From Gekko japonicus (Eukaryota): a stretch of 64,000 bases of DNA. Both the position numbers and the translations under genes were made by a program. Below the pieces are notes generated by a model. That model was not told the DNA's origin. It ran no database searches and saw only the letters and a list, made by a program, of their open reading frames with translations. Where the stretch lies: NCBI RefSeq assembly GCF_001447785.1, contig NW_015177030.1, positions 613,082 through 677,081 on the forward strand, written 5' to 3'. Positions 23,601 to 35,200 of this stretch are shown here, one piece after another. Numbering within the stretch: the stretch's first letter is position 1; each line of letters starts with the position of its first letter.

Positions 23601-26600
23601 GGAGACTTTGCGCAGAGCCAGCTGCACAGTGTAGGAGCGAGGCTGGTCCAGTTGTGTCTCGTTCACCACCAGACTGTAGATCTTCCCTTCCTCTGCAGAG
23701 AAACAGCCCACCCCGCAAGGTGAACGTTAGGCTGCACTCACATGCACCAAACTGGCAGGCGTGGGCTTCTTTCTGGGAGGAGAGAGGACTTGCCTCTGGA
23801 AGGGCTGTGTGCGCACTGCATGCAAAGGCTCGTTTGTATTTTTCCTCGCAAGTCATAGGAGGACGTCTCAGAGCTCTCTAGTGCAGAAGGGCTCTCTCTC
23901 GGCAGTAGACAGAGGCTCTCTGGGAAAGGATGGTGGGTACGTGTCCCAATCTGGCAACATTATGAGATTAAGAGGTCTGGGAGCAATGGGCACGGTCCTC
24001 TTGGAAGAGGAATGAGAACAGAGCAGGTGTGAAAAGGCCTTTGCTAAACCGAAAGGTGTGGCTGCTCTCTGTCCCCAACCTTTGCTGACTCTGTGCCCAT
24101 TGGGGGGGGGGCAGCAGTTCTCCGGCTCTCTCTCCTCTCACCTGTCAGAAGTAAGAGGGTCCTCTCCGTCTCCTGCCCCACCAACACAATCTGCTTGAAC
24201 TTCATGGAGAAGTGGAAGGTCATCTTGAACACTCGCTGCCCACTGGATTGCAGGTAGACCTCCACGCAGTCACAGAGGCGGCTGCCAGCAGCTGTTCCAG
24301 CCTCACTGCGCCCCATCACTGTGGCTACCGGCTGTTCCCGGGTTGCCAGCACATACAGGTATTTACGATACACGGTGTCACTCCTGGGGTCTGTGGCAAA
24401 CTACGGACAGAAGAAGAAAGGATGCCAGGGAACTCAAAATCTTGCTGCAGGGAACTGTGTTTAGTGTTGCTCTAGAGAGGGAAGCGACTGGACCAGGAAG
24501 GTCACCTTCTGCATCTGAGGGCACTGGAATATCTCCTTCCTCTTGGCCATCCAAAGGTATTGAGGGGCTGCCAACTGCTATGGCAAAGATGACTGGTCAG
24601 CTGGCATACTTTTTATTGCAGCATGAGTCTCTGTAGGACTAGGCAAGGCCATGGCGCAATATACAGGGCACAGAGCCTACCCTCTATACTTGCCAATAGC
24701 TGAATATTAAAGGGGTTATGATTTCAATACCTCATCCTAAACTAGATGTCCCAAGTCCCTGCCCAGATTTCAGTCTCCATCTCTAACTCTTCCCCTGGAA
24801 TTCAAGACAATCAAAGCTCCAATTTTATTTAAGAGCAGGTGTAGCATAATAGCTGTGAGCTGTGTTCCCTCTAAGGTGAGTTAGTGTGAGCGAGCTCACA
24901 GTTTGTTAGCCTCCAGCTCACACAATTTTGCCTTAGCTCAGGAAGGATGGCTCCAGAGCAAACTAATTTATGCAGTAGCCAAATCACTCACTCACAACTT
25001 GAATGCCCAGGAGAGCTCACAAAGTAGAATTTTTGCACACCGGACTCCACAGCTGAGAGGGGAGCACCTTGGCTGTGAGTTGTTATATATATACGAAAGC
25101 TGCCTTATATTGAGTCAGAATGTTGATCCGCCTGGCTCACAGGGGTCAGGGCAGAGGGAGATGCCAGGGACTGAACCTGGGACTTCCTGCCTTCCAAGGA
25201 TGGGCCCTGCCATTCAGCTCAAGGATGGACTAATGGGTCTTAGACCAGTTCATTTCTCAGGCTCCATCCTCCATCATTCTCATGGGTTGAGAGATGAACA
25301 TGGATCCTTGAGTACATCCATTGGTTCTTCTTTTCCCCCTGTCTACACACTCCTTTTCCTTATTCAGGTCACATTCTTGTATCTGTTTTTGAATCATCCA
25401 GACACAAGAAACATGGTTCACGCAAGTGCTGCGGAAGCCTTCTTCTATTCTTGTCCTGCTTATACATGTAGGATGCACGAAGCCGCCTTCCACTGAATCA
25501 GCCTCTTGGTCCATCAAGGCCAGTATCGTCTACTCAGACCGGCAGCGGCTCTCCAGGGCCTGAGGCCTTTTACCACCCCCATTACCTGATCCCTTTAACT
25601 GGAGATGCTGAGGATTGAACCTGGAGCCTTCTGCACGCCAAGCAGGCTGAGGGACTTGGGAAAATTTAGTCTGAAGAAGAGGAGGTTGAGGGGGGACATG
25701 GTCGCTCTCTTAAAGCATTTGAAGGGCTCTCACTTAGAGGAGGGCAGGGAGCTGTTCCTGGTGGCAGCAGCGGAGAGGACTCGCAATCATGGGTTTAAAT
25801 TAAAGGTGAGAAGGTACCGGTTGGATCTTAGAAGAAACTTTTTGACAGTCAGAGTTGTGTAGCAGTGGAATCAGCTGCCTAGGGAGGTGGTGAGTTCCCC
25901 CCCACTGGCAGTCTTCAAACACTTGCCAGGGATGCTCTAGGTTGATCCTGCACTGAGCAGAGGGGGTTGGACTAGATGGCCTGTAGAGCCCCTTCCAACT
26001 CTGTGATTCTATGATCTACCACTGAGCCACAGCCCCTCCCCACTCTTTCACCCTTAGCCGATTTGCTTTCAGGCTCTTTGCCCATTCCTTCGATTTTAAG
26101 AGACTGTGTTTCTCCATTTTCTGTCGTGGAACAGAGGGGAAGTTTCCCCCCTGAGAGGAACTGAAAGTGCTGGGCAAAGTTTCATCTGGCAAATATCTGG
26201 CCACTCTAGGCCCAGTTCCTGCACAGCTCGTTTTGTTTCTCTTTCACAGGAAGATGCTGCTGCTCAGGACACATGGTGAGGCTTGCAGTAGAAGTGACTG
26301 AAAAGGCAGCAGGTAATCAAGGGACAGAAAAGGTTTCCCTGAGCTGAGGCCTTAGGAACACAGGACAGTCCTGGCGGCAGGAGGTCATGCCCCCAAGAGG
26401 GCTACGTGTGATGTGCCCCTGGAGAGCTCCTCTCTCTGGCAGGCCACCGCCACCATCGGACCTAGCTGACCCTGAAGAGGGCAGGTCCCCAGGAAGGGGG
26501 TTGAACTTCTCTGAGGCCCTTCCCCCCTAGAATAACCCTTCTCTGATGGGCAGCTAGGTATCTCAGAGATGGGAAAGCAGCAGTGAGGTGCTCTTTCTCT

Positions 26601-29339
26601 GGAACCCGCTAACAAGTGAGACTCTTTCCTCCATCACTTGCATGTTCTGGGCCATGCCTCTGTGCACCCCGTGAATGCAGCAGTGGCATGAAACCCTGTT
26701 TGGAACCGCGCTCCACCCCCTTTCAGCATCTGCTGCAAGGCAAGGCTTCCCCCACCCAGGCACCTACATCCTTGGCACTGCGGCACAGCACCACGTAGCG
26801 GCAGGCACGGCGCCACTGGACGTGGCCCATGGTGGAGGAGACCAGAGCGTTCTTGAGGAAGAAGAGGGTGCCATTGTAGTCAAGGATGAAGACGTGGTCC
26901 TTGGTGGGCAAGAACTTCCGGTAGCCATGCGAGAGCAGCGGGGCGACTGTCTTGCTGACGAAGTGCCGGCGGCCACTGAACATCTGGAAGTACAAGCCCT
27001 TGGTGTCTGTGGGACAGAAAGACCCCAGGGCAGGGGAATTGGGTCTCTCTGGAGGAGCTGACTCAGCAACACTTTCCCCTTCCCCGGGGGCGTTTGTGGC
27101 GGGGCAGGGGGCAAGACTCACTTTGTTTCTGCTCAGCCTTCGTAAGGACGCCACCCTCCCCCGTGCAAAGACCACCTCTTCTCGTGCACAGGACTCCCTC
27201 CCCCCCGTGCAAACGCCACCCTTCCCCCGGTTCTCTGAGCACCCCGTTTCACACCAAGCTATACTGACAGTTGAGGATGGCTGAGCGCTTCCAGGGCCGG
27301 CTGCCACCTGAGTTCTCATTCCGCAGCCGAGGGGACAGGCGACGGCAAATCCTCTGCCAGATCCCCTCGCTGTCGCACACCTCGTAGAAGTACCGGCAGG
27401 TCTGGCCCAGAGAGACCACGTCCTTCACTGGCAAGAAGGAGATGATGTAGTACAACTGGGCGGTGGCAGGGGGGAGAGAGAGAAAAAGAGACTCAGTCAC
27501 TGCACAGGAAGGACAGCTGGATCTGAGTCCGGTACTACTTCAGGGAAAGCAAGAGGAGTTTCGGGGCGTGTTCTTTCAAGAGTCAAAGCGCCCTTCGTCA
27601 GAGAGGAGGAGGAATGGAGTTCTCTCTCAGAATCCTTTTATCCCCGTCAGAAGGTGTGTGTGTGTGGGGGGGAGTCGTAAAGAAGGCTCGCAAAGGGTGA
27701 CTCTGGAATGCTCACACCCCAGAAACTCTCGTGGGTCTCTGAGGCACTCCTGGACTCGGATCTGACTGTTCCACCACTGACCCACACGGCCACCCTCCGA
27801 AACGATGCAGGAAGGTCCACCCACTCCCAAACCCCCCTCACCTACCAGCTCTGGAGGGAAAATCTGGATAGAGGTGGGGTCTCCGCCGTCCTTCGTTTCA
27901 GCGGATGAGCGGCGTTGCTTCTTCTTGGGCTGCTGAGGGAGGAGGAAAGGAAATGAGGGGAAAGGGTGAGCAGGCCTGGACAGTCTTATTTCTGGTGCTT
28001 CAACTGAAAAAAAAGAAGAGGTGCTGAACCCCAACTTCTGGCCAGGAGTCACTGAGTTTCTAGGACGGACACCGTGAGTTCCCTGGCACAGCTCTCCTGC
28101 CTTCAGCAGCTGCATGGGCAGGCCGTGTTTCAGTGGCTGCAGGCTGGAAATGATGGGTTTCTGGCTGCTGCCCCCCCCCCCCTAAAACGCACAGGCGGCT
28201 TGCCAGGGAAACCTCAGGTGTGGCCCAGAGGCTCCCGTCTGCCAGCTTCATTTCTTAAGTCCTAAGGAGATGCTCCAGCCAAGGGTTCTCGGGGCCCACT
28301 TGGAACAAGGGCTCCTGGGGTGCAGTGGGAGCCATCTAGAGTTAAAAGGGATTCACCCTAATTTAGTTTAGTTGGGCAAACGGAATAGGAGGAATGTGAT
28401 CAATGCTCTAAGAGAATGATGCACAAAATCTTTTTATTATTTTTACTCCCTTTATGCCCTCCTTGCTTCCCACTAGGTACCCAGTGGTTTATATCATTTT
28501 CCTCTCCTCCTTCCCCCTCACAACAACCCTGTGAGGTAGGTTAGGCTGCATGTGGTAGGTTAGACTGGCCCAGGATCTCCCTGTGACCTTCCAAGCCTGG
28601 ATCGTCTTCCAGGTCCTAACCTGGCACTCCACCACCACAGGATGCTAGTTCTTGGTGCATTTCCCTAGCTGTGCACCAGGGGGCAAGAATCCCCTTCTCT
28701 AAAGATAACAAAAATCACACAGCCAGAATCTTGACTGGTCAAAAAGTTTGATGCATGTGGACACTTAATGCTAGAAAGGGATTCTATTCCGTTACAGATC
28801 ATTCACGGGGCAATTATGAACATGGCAATGTAAGCAATATTATCTTTTCTCAGTGATTTTGTTCTTTTGATCCGTATTTGGAAAGTCCTAGGAGGACACA
28901 TCCCTACTGTGAACTAACAGATACAGCTCTGACTCACTTCTCCAAGATTTTGCAGGGCACGTTGAGTGCCAATGACATCATGGGCACAGGACTGAGTCAA
29001 GACAGCCAAACCTGCTAGGCAAAAAGGTCAACGTGTGTGCATTTTGCCCATTATTTGAAAGAATGCAAGCCTTGGCCTCAGTCTGATTGGGTTTAAATCA
29101 GGCTGTCTGGGTGCAACGGGGCCTGTGCCCCCGCTCAAGCTCCCTCTCCCACTGAGCCACCTTCCCCGACCCCTGCAGCAGACTGTGTCCTCCTCCTCCC
29201 CCAGTCCCTGCCTGCTCTGGGCAACCTTCCTTTGCAAATATAGCATGCTCACTCCAAGCGGTTCCTCAGTGCTAGAGATGTGGGAGAAGCGCTGGAGCTT
29301 TCTCCTCCTGAGCTTCCGAGCAATGCGCCTGTCGCTCAT
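20305..29339 (-). CDS. FBXO24: F-box only protein 24 (F-box plus RCC1-like repeats), ~590 aa; complement join(20305..20634,21222..21392,21854..21985,22569..22690,23534..23692,24142..24400,26768..27006,27269..27455,27846..27932,29253..29339)
   Basis: Phase-compatible GT-AG exons (1773 nt total). Strong recalled match to FBXO24: SIQIFPPEL..IISFLPVKD..LGQTCRYF, YTKGLYFQ, CDCVEVYLQSSGQRVFKMTF, EEGKIYSLVVNETQLDQPRSYTVQLALRKV, GNNRYGQLGTGDK, QKDFFWEALDM. First coding exon is inferred. Confidence 0.93.
21222..21392 (-). CDS. FBXO24: FBXO24 exon (RCC1-like)
   Basis: VHYLKCPIDLWCGLNHTLVL...GCGCGAGGRLPGWPKG. Confidence 0.95.
21854..21985 (-). CDS. FBXO24: FBXO24 exon (RCC1 repeat)
   Basis: VLTCALGYNHLGLVDEFGRMFMQGNNRYGQLGTGDKIDRGEPAQ. 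Confidence 0.95.
22569..22690 (-). CDS. FBXO24: FBXO24 exon
   Basis: DEGAVYFEVHSPGVYRDLFGTLHAFDPLDQQMPLALSLPAK, translated by hand (not in the ORF track). Confidence 0.93.
23150..23370 (-). mobile_element. Older Squam3/MIR-like tRNA SINE (similar copies ~19555-19710, 28440-28635, 42340-42470, 53130-53315 on -; 53508-53735 on +)
   Basis: CCTCACAAC.ACCCT.TGAGG.AG.TTAGGCTG..GGCCCAAGGTC core. Confidence 0.6.
23534..23692 (-). CDS. FBXO24: FBXO24 exon
   Basis: EEGKIYSLVVNETQLDQPRSYTVQLALRKV...SNQSSALYLT. Confidence 0.95.
24142..24400 (-). CDS. FBXO24: FBXO24 exon
   Basis: FATDPRSDTVYRKYLYVLATRE...FKQIVLVGQETERTLLLLT. Confidence 0.95.
24860..25071 (+). mobile_element. hAT-type MITE with 8-bp TSD GCTGTGAG
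   Basis: TSD at 24852-24859 and 25072-25079; degenerate TIRs. Confidence 0.8.
25478..26042. mobile_element. tRNA-derived SINE (- strand) interrupted by a CR1 3' fragment (+ strand, ~25645-26015)
   Basis: SINE GGATTGAACCTGG..CTTCTGCA resumes as TCTACCACTGAGCCACAGCCCC; CR1 peptide LGKFSLKKRRLRGDM and tail CCTTCCAACTCTGTGATTCTATGAT. Confidence 0.7.
26768..27006 (-). CDS. FBXO24: FBXO24 exon
   Basis: (Y)TKGLYFQMFSGRRHF...TKDHVFILDYNGTLFFLKNAL...RYVVLCRSAKD. Confidence 0.95.
27269..27455 (-). CDS. FBXO24: FBXO24 exon (F-box)
   Basis: LYYIISFLPVKDVVSLGQTCRYFYEVCDSEGIWQRICRRLSPRL...PWKRSAILN. Confidence 0.95.
27505..27772. mobile_element. Penelope pLTR-derived inverted-repeat element in an FBXO24 intron
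   Basis: Two inverted arms; hammerhead-like CTGACGA...GAAA on - (27601-27574). Confidence 0.55.
27846..27932 (-). CDS. FBXO24: FBXO24 exon (basic patch plus F-box start)
   Basis: QPKKKQRRSSAETKDGGDPTSIQIFPPEL; tandem CAGCAG acceptor; CTG|GTAGGT donor. Confidence 0.88.
29253..29339 (-). CDS. FBXO24: Candidate first coding exon of FBXO24
   Basis: MSDRRIARKLRRRKLQRFSHISSTEEPLG; phase-0 donor GGA|GTGAGC (alternative phase-0 donor after 29226); Arg-rich like the recalled human N-terminus. Confidence 0.55.
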
Positions 29340-29649
29340 GTCTGCCCACCCAGCCGGAGCCTGTGTGGTGGGGGTGAGCTCTCAGACCCACCCTTGTTGC
29401 TGGGCCCAGCATGGCCAAGGCTTTTCAATGCCTCTGTCCACATGGTCAATCGCCCTAGGGGACATGGCACTATGTGATAATAGCAGGCCTGCTGGCTTCA
29501 CAGAGACCCGGGTTCCCCTGGTAACTGGGGCACTGTGACATCAGTGCTCATCCAGGGCTGTCTTTGTTACCCGTGTGCCGAGGACCTTCCTGCTCCTGGG
29601 CACAAAGGCAGCCATGTTGTGTCCCAGGGATCCTTGACCATTGCACACG

Positions 29650-30565
29650 ACAGAGGTACTCTTGGTAAGTGGAAAGGCAGACCAGGGACTTGAGGTCTCC
29701 CCTGTCTTGCTTGGGGGTTGCACTCCTCTTGAAAAACCAGGTTTGCAGCTTGGGAGTGCTGCTTGACACGGGAGTCATCTTGGGCAACCTGGTGGCTGCT
29801 GTGTGGTTCAGCGTGCTTTCACCCAGCTTCGGTTGGTGCCCCAGTTGCGCCCATTCCTGGCTCAGTCTGACCTAACCACAGTGACCCATGCCTTAGTTAC
29901 ATCCAGGCTGGACTCCTGCAATGTATTCTACTTGGGGCTACCCATGAACAGTGTTTGGAAGCTGCAGCTCATGCAGAACACTATGGCTGGACTGCTGGTG
30001 GGGGCCAGCATGTGACCCAATATTACAGCATTACACTGGCTACCGGTCTGCTCCCAAGCAGTGTTCCCTCTTGAGCTGAGTTACTGTGAGCTTGCTCACA
30101 GTTTTTCAGCCTCCAGCTCACAGATTTTTGTCTCAGCTCAGGAAGGAGGGCTCCAGAGCAAACTAATTTATGCAGTAGCCAAATCGCTTGCACACAACTT
30201 TAATGCTAACAGCTCATAAAGTAGAATTTCCGCTCACAAGACTCCACAGCTTAGAGGGAGCATTGCTCCCAAGCCCAATTAAAGTGGCTGGTTTTGTCCT
30301 TTAAAGTCCTGTCTGGCTTGGGACTGGGGTGTCTGAAGGAGCCTCTTCTCTGTCATTCCTGCCCCAGGAATGAAGGTCACAGGGAGAGGCCCTCCTGACC
30401 GTCCCCATCAATCAGAGCACAGAAGAGAGGGGGCCTCTGTGGTGGGAGCCCCACAATTATGGAACACCCCCCCACACACAGATACACACACAGGGAGGAG
30501 CCCCTGGCCTTTTGCCCTTCAGGAGTCAGCTGAAGGTGGTTTTATTTAGGGCCACATCCCATTGA
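29650..30565 (+). mobile_element. L2 LINE ORF2 3' fragment, interrupted by a MITE
   Basis: QVCSLGVLLD, QLRPFL..DLTTVTHALVTSRLDSCN...KLQLMQN, LHWLPV. Confidence 0.8.
30059..30265 (+). mobile_element. hAT-type MITE with perfect 8-bp TSD CTCCCAAG
   Basis: TSD at 30051-30058 and 30266-30273; TIR CAGTGTTCCCTC. Confidence 0.88.
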
Positions 30566-30639
30566 GGTGCCAGCAGCCTGACATGGTGGTGTTCTTTGAT
30601 GCATTCTGTCTTTATGAACTGTACCTATATTGCCAGCCG

Positions 30640-30793
30640 TTCCGTGCGCCTTGGTGTCTAGTCATGCCGGCCACATGACCACGGAAACGTCTTCGGACAG
30701 CGCTGGCTCTTCGGCTTTGAAACGGAGATGAGCACCGCAACCCTAGAGTCGGACTCGACTGGCTTTCGAGCAAGGGAGACCTTTACCTTTACC
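30640..30793 (+). mobile_element. Sauria SINE 3' part
   Basis: GCCGGCCACATGACC..GGCTCTTCGGCTT.GAAA.GGAGATGAGCACC..CCTTTACCTTTACCT tail. Confidence 0.8.
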
Positions 30794-30799
30794 TAGATT

Positions 30800-32069
30800 G
30801 CCAGCCGCCTGGAGCGCTGCAAGGAAGCGCGGGGGGGGCGGGGCGGGGCGGCGTTTCAAACAAGGAGGGTTGCCAGAGCCTCCAGGCGGGGCCTGGGGAC
30901 CTCCCGCTTTCACAACTGACCTCCAGCTGACAGAGACCCGCTCCCCGGGAGAAAGAAAGCGGCTGCCTTGGAGGGCGGGCTCTGTCGCCATGGTGCCCCT
31001 GCTGAGGCCCCGCCCCAAGCCCCGCCCTCTCCCGGCCCCACCCCCAAAGTCCCCCGGTATCGCCCAGGCCTGGCAACCCTAGATCCAGCAGAGCTCTTCT
31101 GGGGGGTCTCCTTAAGGGCCAGCAGTCCCACGTGCAGATGGGGGGGGGGAATCAAGGGCGAATGAGTGCAGATGCAGTTTTCAGGTCTGCCCCCGCGGAC
31201 CCCTCCGGTCGGCCGCCCCCCGGGGCCCACCCGACTCCTATTGGCAAAGCGGTGTGCCACTCAGGGATAAACGGCCCACTCTCCTGTTACTGATTGGTCA
31301 GGCCCCTTATCTTTCAACGTTGTCGGACCCGCCTCCCCCTGAGGTAACTTTGACCCTGATTGGTCTGCTCCCCCAAGGAGATTTCCCCCCCCTCCCCGGT
31401 GGATTTGCCCTCTAGCTGTCACTCTTCCCTTTCCGGGCCGGCTGTTGCCCCAAGATGGAACAAACGCCTCTCCTCCCTCTCCCAGTCTTTCAATCGTTGC
31501 CGCCGAAAGCACCGGGAGGCGTCACTTCTTGTCTGATTGGTAAAACGGCTGTCATTCACATGCCAGGACACGCCTACTCCCGTAGGCTGCACGCTGTGAT
31601 AAGGCCAAGGCCTGTTTGGCCGCTGACTGATTGGAAAATAGTTACACCACCCCGCCTTCTTCGAATTTCATTTGCTGAAGAGGGAGGACGCGCGGCGGCG
31701 CGAGGCGCCGAAGGAAAAAGGGGGCCGGGCGAACCTCCTTCTTTGCCGGTGATTGGTTTAAGTGGCAGTCAGTGCTCTTCAGGAACGACTCATTGGCTAG
31801 AAGCCCACTAACGTCCTCTCTCTCTAGCCTCCGGCACCGGATTGGAGCGGAAAGAGGAAGACCTGACCCTCATGCGTCCATTGGATTGGCTACCGGGTGT
31901 TAAGGGCCTCGCCAGCCTTCCTGCGATTGGTATCGTGCCTCGTGCCGGGCTTCTGATAGGCTACGGCGCCGCTTCACGGCCCGCCCCCTTTGGCAGGGGT
32001 CTCGCTGTGTCCGCCTCAGAGCGTTCATTCGGCCAGCGCTGCCGCAACGGAAAGAGCGGAACCTGCGGC
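30800..32069. promoter_or_regulatory. CpG-island bidirectional promoter between FBXO24 and LRCH4 with 11 ATTGG (inverted CCAAT) boxes
   Basis: ATTGG at 31240, 31293, 31359, 31536, 31630, 31752, 31792, 31841, 31880, 31885, 31926; GC boxes; genes are head-to-head. Confidence 0.8.
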
Positions 32070-32250
32070 ATGGCGGCGGGCGAGGGCGGGGCCGAGTCGC
32101 TGCCCCCGCCCTCCCCCTTCCTGCCGGGCCCCGAGCGCGCCCTGGAAGAAGCGGCGGCCTCAGGGAAGCTGAGCCTGGCGGGCCGGCACCTGAGGCACTT
32201 CCCCGGCGGAGCAGCCCGGCGCTGGGACCTCAGCGACACCACGCAGGCGG
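32070..32250 (+). CDS. LRCH4: Leucine-rich repeat and calponin homology domain protein 4, exon 1 (rest of gene beyond the window)
   Basis: MAAGEGG...ERALEEAAASGKLSLAGRHLRHFPGGAARRWDLSDTTQA; G|GTGAGA phase-1 donor; matches recalled LRCH exon 1; synteny with FBXO24. Confidence 0.9.
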
Positions 32251-35200
32251 GTGAGAGGCGTGGTCGGAAGCCTTGGCCCCTCCCGCAGCCTCCCTTTCGC
32301 CCCGCCCCCAATCCCCTTCCCACCGTCTTCTCCTGGCCACGCCCCTCCCTTGGCTCCGCCCACTCTTCCCTCTGCGCCCTCCGGGTAGACCCCCCTCCTC
32401 CGTCGGATTTCTGTATTTGCCCTCCAAGCCCCTCCCACTTAATAACTGGGTCTTTTGGCTCCCCTCGTTAAGTGCATAGAGCCCTGCCAGGTAGGCCACG
32501 TTGCAAGGGGCTGGAGTGAGGCGGGGGGCTTGAGTGCTAGTTCTCCGTGGCTCTGCTTTGGTCTGGCTCTGCAAGGCCTGGCTCTGCGAGGCCTGCGGGT
32601 CCACGGATGCCTCTTGGTTTCCTTTCCTCCATCCCTGCGCTTGGCTTCCTCTGCAGTCTTTCATGGGGGTAATTCCAAGGCGTTTGGGCTGACTGGGAGG
32701 TTCTTGATGTGGAGACCCCCCTTCCCCTGGGGAGAAGCCGGAGTGGCCGTGTGGGTTATCTCCTCGCTCATGGACAGGCCCCTGCAAGAGCCTGGGACGC
32801 CACACAGGAGGGAGGGACTGCTAAATGCCCTTTGCGGAACAGAGGGGGTTTGCACTGGAGGGGGGGGATGTCAGCTGTCCTGTCTACGGAGAGATGGCCT
32901 CCTGCGGAGCCAGAGGGGAATGCAAAGATTTTTTCCAGCTCCTCTTTGGGAGGAAGAGGGGGGCTCTGGAGGATGCAGATCTCTCAAATGCCAAGAAGGT
33001 GCAAAGTGGGTGGGTGGGTGTTCTAGTCTGCCACGAGGGAGGAAGAGAGAGAGAGAGAGATGGGGATCCACCGTGGGTTTCTGCAGTGTAGGTTTGATTG
33101 GCAGGAAGATTTGCGAGGGGGAGGAAAGCGGCTGAGGAGTGAGGCAGAATTTCCTCTGCTCCCTCTGCAGCTGGTTCTGTTAAGGGAGAGAGACCTGCTA
33201 GGCTTCTGCCGGGTGTGACTGACCTTGTAGGGGGGTGGTGCTGTGTCCTGGAGGGCCGGGAGGACAGGTGGGGTGGCGGGGGGGGGCCTTGCCCCGTTTT
33301 GTTCTCTTCCCTCTGCTGCTGACTGTGGCGGCAGTGGCGCTGGGCACTGCACGCGTCAACTTCTCAAAGAGCAGATGTGCCCACGCACACAGATTGGCAG
33401 TCTAAATACCCCTGACGCTGAGGTGCCCAAAGTGAGTGACGCCTGGAGCAGTCTGTAGAAAAACTGATGGGGGGGGAGGGAGGGGCTGAAGGTCGGGTTT
33501 GCAGCCTGGCCATGGATAGCAGGGCTGGGGCTCCCTCACCAGGACCGTTAGAGTTAGGGAGGGCTGCCTGGTGTGTTGCGGGAACCTCTGTCAAGGCTGC
33601 CTGCCTCCTTCCCCCGTGGGTGAGCTTTTGTGCGCCTCTTTCTGGAGGAGGAAGTGGGTGGAGGAACCGGTCTCTCCAGAGAGCTTCTTAGGCGGCAGCT
33701 GCAAAAGCAAGGCGGGAGGGAGGCAGTTTATGGGGGGTGTTTCTGTGCCGCCTCTTCAGACCCCTGCTTGAGGTGGCGAGGGAGGCGGGGAGACCTTGCC
33801 TTGGTCGCTGTTCCTTGGCTGTTGGATTCCCTTGCTGGGATGCCTGGGGGACAGGCAGGTGTGCTGATGTTTTTGAAAACTGGCTGCCTGTTGTGGGGTG
33901 CAGCAGCAGGTCCTCTTTGTGGGGGCTCCCCTGTGCCTCATGATGAGGAGGCTGAAGCAGAAACCAGCCGGGGGTGGGGGTGGGGGCGGCCAGTGTCTTA
34001 TGGCATCTTAAAGGTGAGCTACGGTCTCCACTGTCAGGTTCATGACATGAAACTTGTGGACCAGAAGCCACAAAAGCATCTGCTGGAGTAAATCTGTTGG
34101 TTTTTGCAGTGCCACGGTACGCCTCTTTGCCTTTTTTTCCCTGCAGTGGGCTTGTGTGGCTGAACCGATTGGATGTTCAGTCGGAGGGCTGGAAGGAGGT
34201 TGGTCTGTGGCTGCCTGAAGTTCAGATTTGTGGGGGAGAGTCTGAGGAGACGAGGAGTCTTCGCTCTTTCCTGCGCTCTGCGAAGCCTCTCTCTTCCTGT
34301 GCTGCTCTGCAAATGTTCCTTGCCGGCTTGTGCAATTGTGACAGTCGGTCGGTGGTCGGGGAAGAGCTCCGGGGGCCGCCGCAGATGGTTGACTTCTCCC
34401 CCCCCCCCCCCCCCCCCTCTGGATTGAGGATGTCTGGCATAGTCCACGTGCTTGCTTGGCAGGGAAGATACTGACAAGGACAACTTGTGGGGTGGGTGAG
34501 GAGGACGGTGCAGACGCCGCGCTCTTTGGAGGCCTTGTGATGCGTCTGTGCGAGCGGGCGGCTTCTGGCTTCCTGCTCAAGTGACAGCTGACTTCCCTGC
34601 TGCCGGAAGTCCTGGCTCCGCTGGGCAGCCCGGGTGGATCAGGCCCAGGCTCCGCGTTGCCCTGGCTGCCAGTTTCCCAGGGCAGCCCGCCAGGCGCCTC
34701 ATAAGCCGGGCACAGCGGCAGTGGCCTTTCCCATAGCTCCTGGGGCTGAGACGCATGCGGCGTTTGGAAACGGCGGCTCCTTTTTTCTGCCCCTGCCCCG
34801 GCTAAGTAGCTGTTGATGGGGCAACGAGCCCGCATAGCCATCGCCCCATCGCGTGGTGCTGAACTGCACAAGTGAAAGGCGTGTTTTGGGGAGCAGAGTT
34901 TCCGTGGGGAGCTTTGGCTAACGAGTCCCTCATGAGAGGAGAAGCAGCCTGGAAGAAGTCGGCTCTTCTGGGCAGCGGAGGCAGCCCCACCCCTCTCCTC
35001 TGCACCTGGAGGCCAGGTGCTCTGGGTGTGGCAGGTGGCGTTCTTTGGCTGTTTGTGCTTGGACAGGTTGGCAGGGACGCGCCCGCTGTCTGCACTGCCA
35101 TGCTTTCAGGGCCCCAGCTGACTCCATCCCTGATCACGGCCTCTGCCCGGAGACAGGGGTCACAGAGGTTCTGTTTGTAAGTTTTGCAAGAGAGAGGACG

